Source: Haplodiscus bocki (taxonomy: Eukaryota). From it: a stretch of 64,000 nucleotides of DNA. The position numbers and the translations under genes are program-made. This document shows, in pieces, positions 14,566-27,943 of this stretch (position 1 is the first letter of the stretch; the number at the start of each line of letters is the position of its first letter). Where the stretch lies: assembly GCA_965655095.1 (NCBI GenBank), contig OZ296651.1, forward strand, positions 25,296,001 through 25,360,000. The letters run 5' to 3'. Below the pieces are notes generated by a model. It searched no databases. It worked only from the letters and a program-made list of their open reading frames with translations, and was not told the DNA's origin.

Positions 14566-16180
14566 TTGAAGAAATGTAACCCGGGATCTGAATGAATATA
14601 TGTTTCCAGTTACCTAAAAAAAGAACTCTCTTGTGTGCGTTAACTCGCTAAGTCCATCCAAACAGTTTGCTAAGGCAGAGTCGACTTTTGAGGCGTTTCC
14701 AGTGAAATACATTTTGGGAAGTTGGCAATTGTTGATCGGGACCTTGACAGAAAAGCCTAAACTGGTAGGTTTGAGTGAAGCTAAATCTGGTTACCGAGGT
14801 TGATCACACGTACAAAGGGCTTTTGCTAAATTCCGACCAATAAGTTTCTATTAGAACAACCAAATCACAAAAAAAATTTCAAACGAACACGATTCTTAAA
14901 GAGGAAAATAGTCGAGTGAGAAGTTGATTAATGAAAATCAGTAGTTAGTTCTGAGCAATAATTTGGTTTCTTTTTCGTATAATTTCACCGAGAACTATAC
15001 ACAGATAAATTAGTCCTGTGAGCCTTGGTGGAATAAGTTTGGTCGGTAGTTCTGCACACATGTGGTTGGGAATCTGAATAGAACCAAGTGCAAGTGCAAG
15101 GTTGATTTGAAGTTCTTTGCCAATCAAAGTTTGGCTGTGAGCAATAAAATTAAAAGTTCCTCTCTCGAAAAGTTTTGAAGAAATAAAAACGTTTCCCCTA
15201 AACTCCTGAAAAAAAACTCCAAACTGAAGAAGTGCAAACTGACCAATTCTAATACAAAGAAGCACCATTTGTATACTTAACTTTTAGCGTTCACGCCTAT
15301 CAAACATTCGATGAACGGATGAAAAAATTGTGGATTTTGAATCATCTCGTCCAAAGACAAGTCTGTTGATTGAGACTTTGACGGGGGATATCCTGAGGGT
15401 TTCTGCTTGGAGGGAAACCTAGTTTGAAACTCAAAGGGAAGGAAACCAAAATTCGCATTCTGACTATTTTGAATCAACAAGTTGTTGTTGCAAGGAACTT
15501 ATTGTTATGATTGGAACTTCCAAAATTCCCGTGATAAAAAAAGTGTCGATTGAAATCGCGATGGACGAAACGCAGAGAGTAGTTCTGGGAAAAAAGGTTC
15601 CGTTCTCGGGAATTGACGCTCTACAATTTCAAAATCTTGATTAAGAGTTTGATATGACAGATGCAGCCGTTTGCTTTGTAAGAATTGTACTGGATCATCG
15701 AATCAATTCATAGCCGTGTGCTATTTTTGACACCGTTTGAACAGTACTGTTGCGATTTGAGGAAGCAAATGCTACAAATAACATTCATGTTTGCAAAGAG
15801 AAGTGATAGTATACTCGGGTAATGAGTATATGACCGACATGCAGCCACTTTTTTTGTGAAAACAACCATTGATTTTCAGGAACAAAAAGACTTCTTCCAC
15901 GTTTTGGCTTTTTGGGTCAGATATTTTTACGTTGTCAAGATTTTTTCTTGGAAGAAGAGTATTGAAAATTGATTTGCAGTTAAAAAATGTTGACTGAGAC
16001 AGTCATAGAAGACACGGAGAAATTATTTTGAAAAAGCGATTCTGAAATCAAGAACATTCAAACAAAAGTGGAAACTTTAACAATTTCTTGGTATCATATC
16101 TCCGGTCCGACAAACCAAATCCAGAAAAAGACAGGCAAAACGCATTGCAGAAATAAATGTCAAGTCACCTGAGACTCTGA
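14566..16180 (+). repeat. 1615-bp monomer with the same ~79-bp deletion (~15611); sister of 5532-7147
   Basis: ctcgggaattgacgctctac at 15605-15624. Shares diagnostic variants such as ggtaggtttgagtgaagctaaatctgg with the 5532 monomer. Confidence 0.88.
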
Positions 16181-19035
16181 TTGAAGAAATGTAACCCGGG
16201 ATCTGAAAGAATTTAGGTTTGCATTTACCGAAAAAACAACTTTTCAGTTGGCGTCAAGGGGCTAAGTCCATCTAAACAGTTTGCTATGGCAGAGTCGACA
16301 TTTGAGACATTTCAAATGCAGGACATTTTAGAAGATGGCAATTGTCGTATGGGACCTTGTCAGAAAACTTAAAAGTGGTAGTTTTTGAAGGTAGCTAAAA
16401 TTTGTTACCGACGTTGATCATACGTACAGAGAGCTTTTGCTAATTTCCGATCTATGGGTTGCTATTGGAAAAGCCAAATCACAAAAAACTTCAAACCAGC
16501 ACCTTCTTCAAAGATGACAGAAGTCGAGTGAGAGGTTGATGGATGAAAATCAGTAGTTAGTTCGGAGGAAGGCTTTGGTTTCTTTTTCGTATAATTTCAC
16601 CGAGTACTATACACAGATAATATAGTCCAGTGAGACCTAGGTGGAATAAGTTTGACTGGTAGTTCTGCACACAGGTGGCGTGGAATCTGAATAGAACCAA
16701 ATGCAAGTTCAAGGTTGATTTGAAGTTCTTCGCCAATCAAAAATTGGCTGTGAGCAATAAAGTTGAAAGTTTCTCCTTCGAAAAACTTTGAAAAAAACAA
16801 AACGTTTCCCCTGACGTCCTGAGAAAAAAATCCGGACTGAAGAAGTGCAAAATGATGAGATCTACTACAAAGAAGCACCATTTATATGCATAAAATTGAG
16901 CATTCATGCCTATCTAACATTCACTAAACGGATGAAAAAAAGTGATGGACTTTGAAACATCTTGTCCAAAAATCAAAGGTGTTGATTGAGAACTTGACGG
17001 TATTTTTCTTGCGTGGTTCTGTTTTGAGGGAAACTTAGTTTGAAACTTAAAAGAAAGGAAACCATATTTCATCTTCTGACTACTTTGACTCAACAAATTA
17101 TTGTTGCGAGTAACCGATTGTTATGGTTAAAATTCCTCACTTCCCGTGATAATAAAAGCGTCGATTGCAAGCCTGATGCCCTGATGGCCGAAAGGCAGAC
17201 AGTTGTTCCGGAAAGAAAGAGGCTCCATTCTCGCGATAAAAATTCAATGCCCTTGTACGTGAATTCGGTCCTAATGTTTCCGATGTAGGAAACGTTCAAC
17301 GATTTTTTTGTTTTGACTGATGCTCTACTTTTTCGAAATCTCGGTTAAGACTTTAATGTGACAGGTTCAGCTGTATGTTTTGTGAGAACTGAACTCGATT
17401 ATCGAAGCAATTCTTAGCGGTGTGCTATTTCTGACAATGTCCGAACAATAGAGGTGAGATATGAGGAAGCAAATGCAACAAATGTCATTGACGAATGCAG
17501 ATAGAAGTGAGAGTAAAATCGAGTAATAGCTTGATGATTGAATTGCGGCCACCTATTTTTGTGAAAAGCACAATTGATTTTTAGGAACAAAAAGACTTCT
17601 TCCACGTTTTGGCTTTTTGGGTCAGATATTTTTACGTTGTCAAGATTTTTTCTTGGAAGAAGAGTATTGAAAATTGTTCTGCAGTTAAAAAATGTTGAAG
17701 GAGACAGTGATAGAAAGATGGAGAGATTACTTTGAAAAAGTGAGTCGGTTAATCGAGACTCTTCATACAGTAAATCAAACTTTTTTACTTTCTTCGTATC
17801 AAGTCTCCAGTCCGACCAACCAATCCCAGAAAGAGACAGGCAAAGAGCATTGCAGAAATAAATAAGACATCAACTCAGACTTTGATTGAAGAAGTGTAAC
17901 ACGAGATCTGAAAGACTTTAGGTTTGCATTTACCGAAAAAACAACTTTTTTGTCGGCGTCAATGGGCTAAGTCCATCTAAACAGTTTGCTATAGCAGAGT
18001 CGACCTTTGAGACAACTCCAATGAAGGACATTTTGGGAAGAGGGCAATTGTTGATTGGGACCTGGACAGAAAACTTACAGCTGGTAGTTTTGAAGGAAGC
18101 CAAACTTTGTTACCGACGTTGATCATACGTACGGAGAGCTTTTGCTAATTTCCGACCTATGAGTTGCTATTGGAATAGCCAAATCACGAAAAAACTTCAA
18201 GCGAACACCTTCTTCAAGGATGACAGAATACGAGTCAGAGGTTGATTACAGAAAATCAGTAGTTACTTATGAGGAAGATTTTGGTTGCTTTTCCGTATAA
18301 CTTCACCGATTACTATACACAGATAAACTAGTCCAATGAGACCTTGGTGGAACTAGTTTGGTCGCCAGTTCTGCACACAGGTTGTTTGGAATCTGAATAG
18401 AACCAAATGCAAGTGCAAGATTGTTTTGAAATTCTTCGCCATTCAAAGTTTGGCTGCTAGCAATAAGGTTGAAAGTTTCCCAATCGAAAATTTTTGAAAA
18501 GTTGTAACAATTTCCTTGACGTCCTGAGGAAAAAATCCAGACTAAAGAGATGCAAAATGATCAGTTCCACTACAAAGAAGCACCACTTATGTGCATAACT
18601 TTTAGCACTCATGCCTATCTAACATTCGATAGACGGATGAAAAAATCTGATGGATTTTGAAACATCTTGTTCAAAGTCAAATCTGTTGGTTGAGAACTTG
18701 ACGGGAAATATCCTGAGAGGGTCTGTTTTGAGGGAAACCCAGTTTGAAACTTAAAAAGAAAGAAACAAAAATTCACCATCTGACTACTTTGACTCAACAG
18801 AATATTTTTGCAAGGAACTGATTGGTTTTTTTGCAACTTCCTCAATTCCTGTGATAATAAAAACGTCGACTTAAACCTTGTACCCTGATGGACGAAATGT
18901 AGACAGTAGTTCCGGAAAGAAAAAGGCTTCATTCTCCGGATTAAAAATCGTTGCCTTTGTCCGTCATTTCGGTCCTATTGTTTCCGATGTAGGCAACGTT
19001 CCTTGTTTTTTTTTTATTTTGACTGATGCTATACA

Positions 19036-22000
19036 TTTTCGAGATCTCGGTTAATACCTCAATGTGATAGATTCAGCCGTATGTTTTGTAAGAAATGAAC
19101 TCGATCATCGAAACAATTCTTAGCGGTGTGCTAGTCTTGACACTTTTCGAACAATAGAAATGCGATGTGAGGAAGCAAATGCAACAAATCTCATTGACGA
19201 ATGCAGAGAGAAGTGTTAGTAAAACCGAATAATACCTTGTTGATTGAAATGCGGCCACCTGTATTTGTGAAAAGCACCATTGGTTTTTAGGAACAAGAAG
19301 ACTTCTTCCATATTTTGGCTCCTTGGGTCAGAATATTATTTCGATGTCAAGATTTTTTCTTGGAAGGAGAGTATTCAAAATTGTTGTGCAGTTAAAAATT
19401 GTTGAAGGAGACAGTGATAGAAAGATAGAGAGAATATTTTGAAAAGGTGAGTCGGTTAATCGAGACTCTTCATACAAAAATTCAAACTTTATTTCTTCCT
19501 TCGTATCAAGTCTCCAGTCCGACCAACCAAACCCAGAAAGAGACAGGCAAAGAGCATTGCAGAAATAATTAAAACATCAACTGAGACTCTGATTGAAGAC
19601 ATTTAACCCGGGATCTGAAAGAATTCAGGTTTGTATTTACCGAAAAAACAACATTTTTGTCGGCGTCAATGGGCTAAGTCCATCTAAAAAGTTTGCTATA
19701 GCAGAGTCTACCTTTGAGACAATTCCAATGAAAGACATTTTGGGAAGAGGGCAGTTGTTGATTGGGACCTTGACAGAAAAATAATAACTGGTAGTTTTGA
19801 AGGAACCTGAATTTGGTCACCAACGTTGATCATACGTAGAGAGAGATTTTGCTATTTGCCGACATATGAGTTGCTATTGGAACAGCCACTTCACAAAAAA
19901 ACTTCAAACGAACACCTTCTTCAAAGATGACAATAGTCGAGTGAGTGGTTGAATACGGAAAATCAGTAGTTAGGTCTGAGGATGAATGTGGTTTCTTTTT
20001 CGAATAGTTTCAACGAGTACTGTACACAGACACTATAGTCCTGTGAGAAATTGGTGGAAATAGTTCGGTTGGTAGATCTGCACACAGGTGGTTTGGAATC
20101 TGAAAAGAACCAAGTGCAAGTGCAAGGTTGATTTGAAGTTCTACGCCAATCAAATATTGGCTGTGAGCAATAAAGTTGAAAGTTTCTCCTTCGAAAAACT
20201 TTGAAAAAAACAAAACGTTTCCCCTGACGTCTTGAGAAAAAAATCCGCTTTGGAGAAGTGCAGAATGATCAGATCTACTACAAAGAAGCACCATTTATAT
20301 GCATAATTTTGATCATTCATGCCTATCTAACATTCGATGGACGGATGAAAAAAATGATGGATTTTGAAATATCTTGTTCAAAGTCAAATCTGTTGATTGA
20401 GAACTTGACCGGAGATATCCTGAGACGTTCTGTTTTGAGGGAAACTTAGTTTGAAACTAAAAAGTGGGAAACCAAAATTCACCTTCTGACTGCTTTGACT
20501 CAACAAATTGTTTTCGCAAGGAACTGATTGGTATGTTTGGAACTTCCTCAATTCCAGTGGTAAACTTCCTCAATTCCCGTGATAATAAAAAACGTCGAAT
20601 GAAACCTTATGCCTTGATGGACGAAGTGCAGACATTAGTTCCGGAAAGAAAAAGGCTCCAGTCTCGGGATAAAAATTCCTTGCCCTTGTCCGTCATTTCG
20701 GTCCTAATGTTTCCGATGTAGGAAACGGTCACCGTTTTTTTAGTTTGACTGATGCTCTAGTTTTTCGAGATCTCGGTTAATACCTCAATGTGATAGATTC
20801 AGCCGTATGTTTTGTAAGAAATGAACTCGATCATCGAAACAATTCTTAGCGGTGTGCTAGTCTTGACACTTTTCGAACAATAGAAATGCGATGTGAGGAA
20901 GCAAATGCAACAAATCTCATTGACGAATGCAGAGAGAAGTGTTAGTAAAACCGAATAATACCTTGTTGATTGAAATGCGGCCACCTGTATTTGTGAAAAG
21001 CACCATTGGTTTTTAGGAACAAGAAGACTTCTTCCATATTTTGGCTCCTTGGGTCAGAATATTATTTCGATGTCAAGATTTTTTCTTGGAAGGAGAGTAT
21101 TCAAAATTGTTGTGCAGTTAAAAATTGTTGAAGGAGACAGTGATAGAAAGATAGAGAGAATATTTTGAAAAGGTGAGTCGGTTAATCGAGACTCTTCATA
21201 CAAAAATTCAAACTTTATTTCTTCCTTCGTATCAAGTCTCCAGTCCGACCAACCAAACCCAGAAAGAGACAGGCAAAGAGCATTGCAGAAATAATTAAAA
21301 CATCAACTGAGACTCTGATTGAAGACATTTAACCCGGGATCTGAAAGAATTCAGGTTTGTATTTACCGAAAAAACAACATTTTTGTCGGCGTCAATGGGC
21401 TAAGTCCATCTAAAAAGTTTGCTATAGCAGAGTCTACCTTTGAGACAATTCCAATGAAAGACATTTTGGGAAGAGGGCAGTTGTTGATTGGGACCTTGAC
21501 AGAAAAATAATAACTGGTAGTTTTGAAGGAACCTGAATTTGGTCACCAACGTTGATCATACGTAGAGAGAGATTTTGCTATTTGCCGACATATGAGTTGC
21601 TATTGGAACAGCCACTTCACAAAAAAACTTCAAACGAACACCTTCTTCAAAGATGACAATAGTCGAGTGAGTGGTTGAATACGGAAAATCAGTAGTTAGG
21701 TCTGAGGATGAATGTGGTTTCTTTTTCGAATAGTTTCAACGAGTACTGTACACAGACACTATAGTCCTGTGAGAAATTGGTGGAAATAGTTCGGTTGGTA
21801 GATCTGCACACAGGTGGTTTGGAATCTGAAAAGAACCAAGTGCAAGTGCAAGGTTGATTTGAAGTTCTACGCCAATCAAATATTGGCTGTGAGCAATAAA
21901 GTTGAAAGTTTCTCCTTCGAAAAACTTTGAAAAAAACAAAACGTTTCCCCTGACGTCTTGAGAAAAAAATCCGCTTTGGAGAAGTGCAGAATGATCAGAT

Positions 22001-22606
22001 CTACTACAAAGAAGCACCATTTATATGCATAATTTTGATCATTCATGCCTATCTAACATTCGATGGACGGATGAAAAAAATGATGGATTTTGAAATATCT
22101 TGTTCAAAGTCAAATCTGTTGATTGAGAACTTGACCGGAGATATCCTGAGACGTTCTGTTTTGAGGGAAACTTAGTTTGAAACTAAAAAGTGGGAAACCA
22201 AAATTCACCTTCTGACTGCTTTGACTCAACAAATTGTTTTCGCAAGGAACTGATTGGTATGTTTGGAACTTCCTCAATTCCAGTGGTAAACTTCCTCAAT
22301 TCCCGTGATAATAAAAAACGTCGAATGAAACCTTATGCCTTGATGGACGAAGTGCAGACATTACTTCCGGAAAGAAAAAGGCTCCAGTCTCGGGATAAAA
22401 ATTCCTTGCCCTTGTCCGTCATTTCGGTCCTAATGTTTCCGATGTAGGAAACGGTCACCGTTTTTTTAGTTTGACTGATGCTCTAGTTTTTCGAGATCTC
22501 GGTTAATACCTCAATGTGATAGATTCAGCCGTATGTTTTGTAAGAAATGAACTCGATCATCGAAACAATTCTTAGCGGTGTGCTAGTCTTGACACTTTTC
22601 GAACAA
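19036..22606 (+). repeat. Near-perfect tandem duplication, period 1726 bp
   Basis: ORF pairs 19073/20799, 19593/21319, 20010/21736 and 20258/21984 are identical at offset 1726. The pair 20464/22190 differs by one residue (V/L). Confidence 0.95.
20541..20584 (+). repeat. 22-bp imperfect direct duplication inside the monomer (also at 22267-22310)
   Basis: aacttcctcaattccagtggta followed by aacttcctcaattcccgtgata. This accounts for 1726 = ~1704 + 22. Confidence 0.92.
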
Positions 22607-25600
22607 CAGAGTTGCGATATGAGGAAGCAAATGCAACAAATATCCTTAACGACTTCATAGAGAAGTGATAGTAAAATCGAGTAATACCTTGATGACTGAA
22701 GTGCGGCCATCAAATTTTGCGAAAAACACCATTGATTTTTAGGAACAGAAAGACTTCTTCCACATTCTGGCTTTTTGGGTCAGAAAGTTTCACAATGTCA
22801 AGAGTTTTTCTTGGAAGAAGAGCATTGAAATTTGTTTCGCAGTTATAAATGTTGAAGGAGACAGTGAATGAAAGATGGAGAGTTTATTTTGAAAAGGTGA
22901 GTCGGTTATTGGAGACTCTTCATACAAAAATTCAAACTTTATTACTTTCTTCGTATCAAGTCTCCAGTCCGACCAACCACACCCGGAAAGAGACAGGCAA
23001 AGAGCATTGCAGAAGTAATTAAAACAACAATTAAGGCTCTGATTGAAGAATTGTAACCAGGGATCTGAAAGAATTCAGGTTTGCATTTACCAAAAAAACA
23101 ACTTTTTTGCTGGCGTCAATAGGCTAAGTCCATCTAAACAGTTTGCTATGGCAGAGTCTTTTTTTGAGACATTTCCAATGAAGTTCAGTTTTTGAAGATG
23201 GCAATTGTCGATTGGGACCTCGACAGAAACTTTAAAACTGGTAGTTTAGAAGGAAGCTAAATTTGGTTACCGATCTTGATCATAGGTACAGAGAGTTTCT
23301 GCTAGTTTGCGACCTTTGAGTTGCTATTGGAACGGCCAAATCACAAAAAAACTTCAAACGAACACCTTCTCCAAAGATGAGAGAAGTCGAGTCCGAGGTT
23401 GAATAATGAGAATCAGTAGTTAGTTCTGAGGAAAATTTTGGTTTCTTTTCCGTATAACTTCACCGAGTACTATTCACAGATAATTTAGCCCACTGAGAAC
23501 TTGGTGGATTTGGTTTGGTCGATAGTTCTGCAGACAGGTGGTTTGGAATCTGAATAGAACCAAGTGCAAGTGCAAGATTGATTTGAAATTCTTCGCCAAT
23601 CAGAATCTGGCTGCGAGCAATAAAGTTGAAAGTTTCTCATTCGAAATTCCTGAGAAAAAGATCCAGACTGAAGAAGTGCAAATTGATCAATTCTACTACA
23701 AAGAAGCACCATTTATATGCAAAACATTTAGCATTCATGCCTAATTAACATTCGATTAACGGATGAAAAAAAGTGATGGATTTCGAAAAATCTTTTTCAA
23801 AGTCAAATCTGTTGATTGAGAACTTGATGGGAGATATCCTGAGAATTTCCGTTTTGAGGGAAACCTAGTCTGAAACTTCAAAAAAGAAGGAAACAAAAAT
23901 TCAATTTCTGACTACTCTGACTCAACAAATTGTTGTTGCAAGGAAGTGATTGGTTTGTTTGGAACTTCCTTAATTCCCGTGATAATAAGAGCGTCGATTG
24001 AAACCTTATGCCCTGATGGACGAAATGCAGACAGTACTTCCGGAAAGAAAAAGGCTCCACTCTCGGGATAAAAATTCATTGCCTTTGTTCGTCATTTCGG
24101 TCCTAATGTTTCCGATGTATGAAGCGTTCACCGATTTGTTTATTTTGACTGATGCTCTACAATTTCGAAATTTGGTTAAGATCTCAATGTGACAGACTCA
24201 GTTGTATGTTTTGTGACAATTGAACTCGATCATCGAAACAAATCTCAGCGGTGTGCTAGTATTGACACTTTTCGAACAATAGAAATGCAATGTGAGGAAG
24301 CAAATGCCACAAGTCTGATTGACGAATGCAGAGAGAAGTGATAGTAAAACTGAATAATACCTCGTTGATTGAATTGCGGCCACCTATATTTGTGAAAACC
24401 ACCCTTGACTTTTAGGAACAAAAAGATTTCTTCCACATTTTGGCCTTTTGGGTCAGAAGTTTTTACGATGTCAAGATTTTTTCTTGGAAGATAAGTTTTG
24501 AAAATTGTTTTGTAGTTAAGACATGTTGACTGAGACAGTGATAGAAGAAATGGAGAGATTAATTTGAAAAGGTGAGACGGTTAATCGAGACTCTTCATAC
24601 AAAAACTCAAATTTTATTACTTTCTTCGTATCAAATCTCCGGTCCGACCAACCAAGCCCAAAAGGAGACAGGCAAAAAGCATTGCATGAGTAACTAAAAC
24701 ATCAACTGAGACTCTGATTGAAGACATTTAACCCGGGATCTGAAAACTTCAGGTTTGCATTTACCGAAACAATAACCTTTTTGTTGGCGTCAACGGGCTA
24801 AGTCCATATAAACAGTTTGCTATGGCAGAGTCAACTTTTGAGACATTTTCAATGAAGTACAGTTTGTGAAAATGGCAATTGTTGATTGGGAACTTGACAG
24901 AAAATTCAAAAACGTTAGTTTTGAAGGAAGCTAAGTTTGGTTACCGACGTTGATCATACGCACAGAGAATTTTTGCTAATGTCCGACCTATGAGTTGCTA
25001 TTGGAACAGCCAAATCAGAAATAAACTTCAAACGAACACCATCTCCAAGGATGACAAAAGTCGAGTGAGAGTTTGATTATTGAAAATCACTAGTTAGTTC
25101 TGAGGAAGAATTTGGTTTCTTTTTCGTATATTTTCACCGAATACTGAAAACAGACAAACCAGTCCACTGAGGCCTTGGTGGAAGTAGTTTGGTCAGTAGT
25201 TCTGCACAGAGGTGATTTGGAATCTGAATGGAGCCAAGAGCAAGTGCAAAATTGTCATTTCTATTACAAAGAAGCACCATTTAATTGCATAAAATTTAGC
25301 ATACATGCCTAACTAACATTCGATGAACGGACGAAGAAAAGTGATGGATTTTGAAAAGTCTTGTTCAAAGTCAAATCTGTTGATTCAGAGCTTGATGGGA
25401 GATATCCTGCGAGGTTGTGTTCTGAGAGAAACCTAATTTTAAACTTGAAAGGAAGGGGCCAAAAATCACCTTCTGACTACTTTGACTCAACAAATTGCTT
25501 TTGCAAGGAACTGAGTGGTATGTTTGGAAGTTCCTCAATTCCCGTGATAATGAAAAACGTCGAATGAAACTTTCTTCCCTGACGGACGAAATGCGGACAT

Positions 25601-27943
25601 TAGTTCCGGAAAGAGGAATGCTCCATTCTTGGGATAAAAACACATTGTCTTTGTCCGTCATTTCGGTCCTAATGTTTCCGATGTAGGAAACGTTCACCGT
25701 TTTTTTTTGACTGATGCTCTAGTTTTTCGAGATCTCGGTTAATACCTCAATGTGATAGCTTCAGCCGTATGTTTTGTAAGAAATGAACTCGATCATCGAA
25801 AAGATTCTTAGCGTTGTGCTAGTCTTGACACTTTTCGAACAATAGAGTTGCGATGTGAGGAAGCAAATGCAACAAAAATTTTGACGAATGCAGACAGAAC
25901 TGATAGTAGAATCGAGTAATACCTTGATGATCGAAATGTGGCCTCGTATTTTTCTGAAAAGCACCATTGAGTTTAGAAAGAAAAAGATTCCTTCTACTTT
26001 TTGGGTCAGAAGTTTTTACGATATCGACATTTTTTTAGGAAGAAGATTTTTTGGATTTTGTTCTGCAGTTGAAACATGTTGTTTGAGACAGTGATATAAC
26101 ACATGGAGAGGTTATTTTGAAAATGCTAATCTGTTAATCAAGAAGATTCAAACAATGTTTCAAATTTTAACAATTTCTTGGAATCATGTCTCCGGGCCGA
26201 GCAACCAAACCCAGAAAGAAACAGGCAAAGAGCATTGCAGAAGTATTTTAAAATGTAAAGTGAGACTCTGATTGATGAAATGTCACCTGGGATCTGAACG
26301 AATTTAGGTTTGCATTTACCGAAAAGAACCAACTTTTTAATTGGCGTCAATGGGCAAAGTCCATCTAAATAGTTTGCTATGGCAGAGTCGACTTTTGAGA
26401 CTTTTCCAATGAAGGAAAGTTTGGGAAGATGGCAAATGTTGATTGGGACTATGACAGAAACATTAAAACTGGTAGTTTTGAAGAAAGCTATATTGGTTAC
26501 CGATCTTGATCATACGTACAGAGAGCTTTTGCTAATTTCGGACCTATGAGTTGCTATTGGAATAGCCAAATCACGAAAAAACTTCAAGCGAACACCTTCT
26601 TCAAGGATGACAGAATACGAGTCAGAGGTTGATTACTGAAAATCAGTAGTTACTTATGAGGAAGATTTTGGTTTCTTTTTCGTATAATTTCAACGAGTAC
26701 TGTACACAGATACTATAGTCCAGTGAGAAGTTGGTGGAATTATGTCGGTTGGTAGTTTTGCACACATTAGGTTTGGAATCTCAAAAGAACCAAGTGCAAG
26801 TGCAAGATTGATTTGAAATCCTCCGCCAGTCAAAATTTGGCTGCGAGCAATAAGGTTGAAAATTTCTCATTCGAAATTCCTGAGAAAAAGATCCAGACTG
26901 AAGAAGTGCAAATTGATCAGTTCTACTACAAAGAAGCACCATTTATATGCAAAACATTTAGCATTCATGCCTACTTAACATTCGATTAACGGATGAAAAA
27001 AAGTGATGGATTTCAAAAAGACTTGTTCAAAGTCAAATCTGTTGATTGAGAACTTGATGGGAGATATCCTGAGAGGCTGTAATTTGAGAGAAACCTATTT
27101 TTAAACTTAAAAGGAAGGAGACCAAAAATCACCTTCTGACTACTTTGACTCAACAAATTGTTTATGCAAGGAACTGACTGGCGCATTTGGAAGTTCCTCA
27201 ATTCCCGTGATAAAAAAAACGTCGAATGAAACCTTATGCCCTGATGGACGAAATGCAGACATTAGTTCCGGAAAGAAAAGTCTCCATTCTCGGGATTAAA
27301 ATGCATTGCCCTTGTCCACCATTTCGGTCCTAATGTTTCCGATGTAGGAAACGTTCACCGTTTTTTTTGACTGATGCTCTAGTTTTCCGAAATCTCGGTT
27401 AATACCTCAATGTGATAGATTCAGCCGTATGTTTTGTAAGAAATCAACTCGATCATCGAAACAAATCTTAGCGGTGTGCTAGTCTCGACATTTTTCCAAC
27501 AAAAGAGTTGCGATGTGAGGAAGCAAATGCAAAAAAAATCCTTGACGAATGCAGAGAAAAGTGATAGTAGAATCGAGTAATACCTTGATGATCGAAATGT
27601 GGCCTCGTATTTTTGTGAAAAGCACCATTGAGTTTTAGAAAGAAAAAGATTATTTTCTACTTTTCGGCTTTTTGGGTCAGAATTTTTTACGATATCGACA
27701 TTTTTTTTAGGAAGAAGATTTTTTGGATTTTGTTTTGCAGTTAAAACATGTTGTTTGAGACAGTGATATAAGACATGGAGAGGTTATTTTGAAAAAGCTA
27801 ATCTGTTAATCAAGAAGATTCAAACAATGTTTCAAATTTTAACAATTTCTTGGAATCATGTCTCCGGGCCGAGCAACCAAACCCAGAAAGAAACAGGCAA
27901 AGAGCATTGCAGAAGTATTTTAAAATGTCAATTGAGACTCTGA

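Larger units (their letters stand above)
1..16180 (+). repeat. Domain I: mainly short (S) monomers of 1226-1245 bp carrying a ~470-bp internal deletion (10 complete copies), plus two ~1615-bp monomers
   Basis: Anchor spacings are 1229, 1226, 1236, 1245, 1616, 1238, 1237, 1232, 1238, 1238, 1235, 1615. The S junction gacagaaaacttacaacaaaatgatcag (e.g. ~790, 2020, 7343, 11049) replaces the segment seen at 16376-16848 in a full monomer. Confidence 0.93.

Noticed and set aside
16376-16848. Internal deletions as spliced-out introns in retrocopied monomers
   Set aside because: The deleted segments do not have GT...AG ends, and the M junction is explained by 8-bp microhomology.
16849-17520. Stop-codon reassignment (TGA=Trp, TAA/TAG=Gln) giving a giant repetitive protein
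   Set aside because: TGA alternates with TGG but also with CGA, AGA, CGG, GGA and TGC. Monomer lengths are not consistently multiples of three, and the deletions join different frames. Mutational decay explains this more simply.
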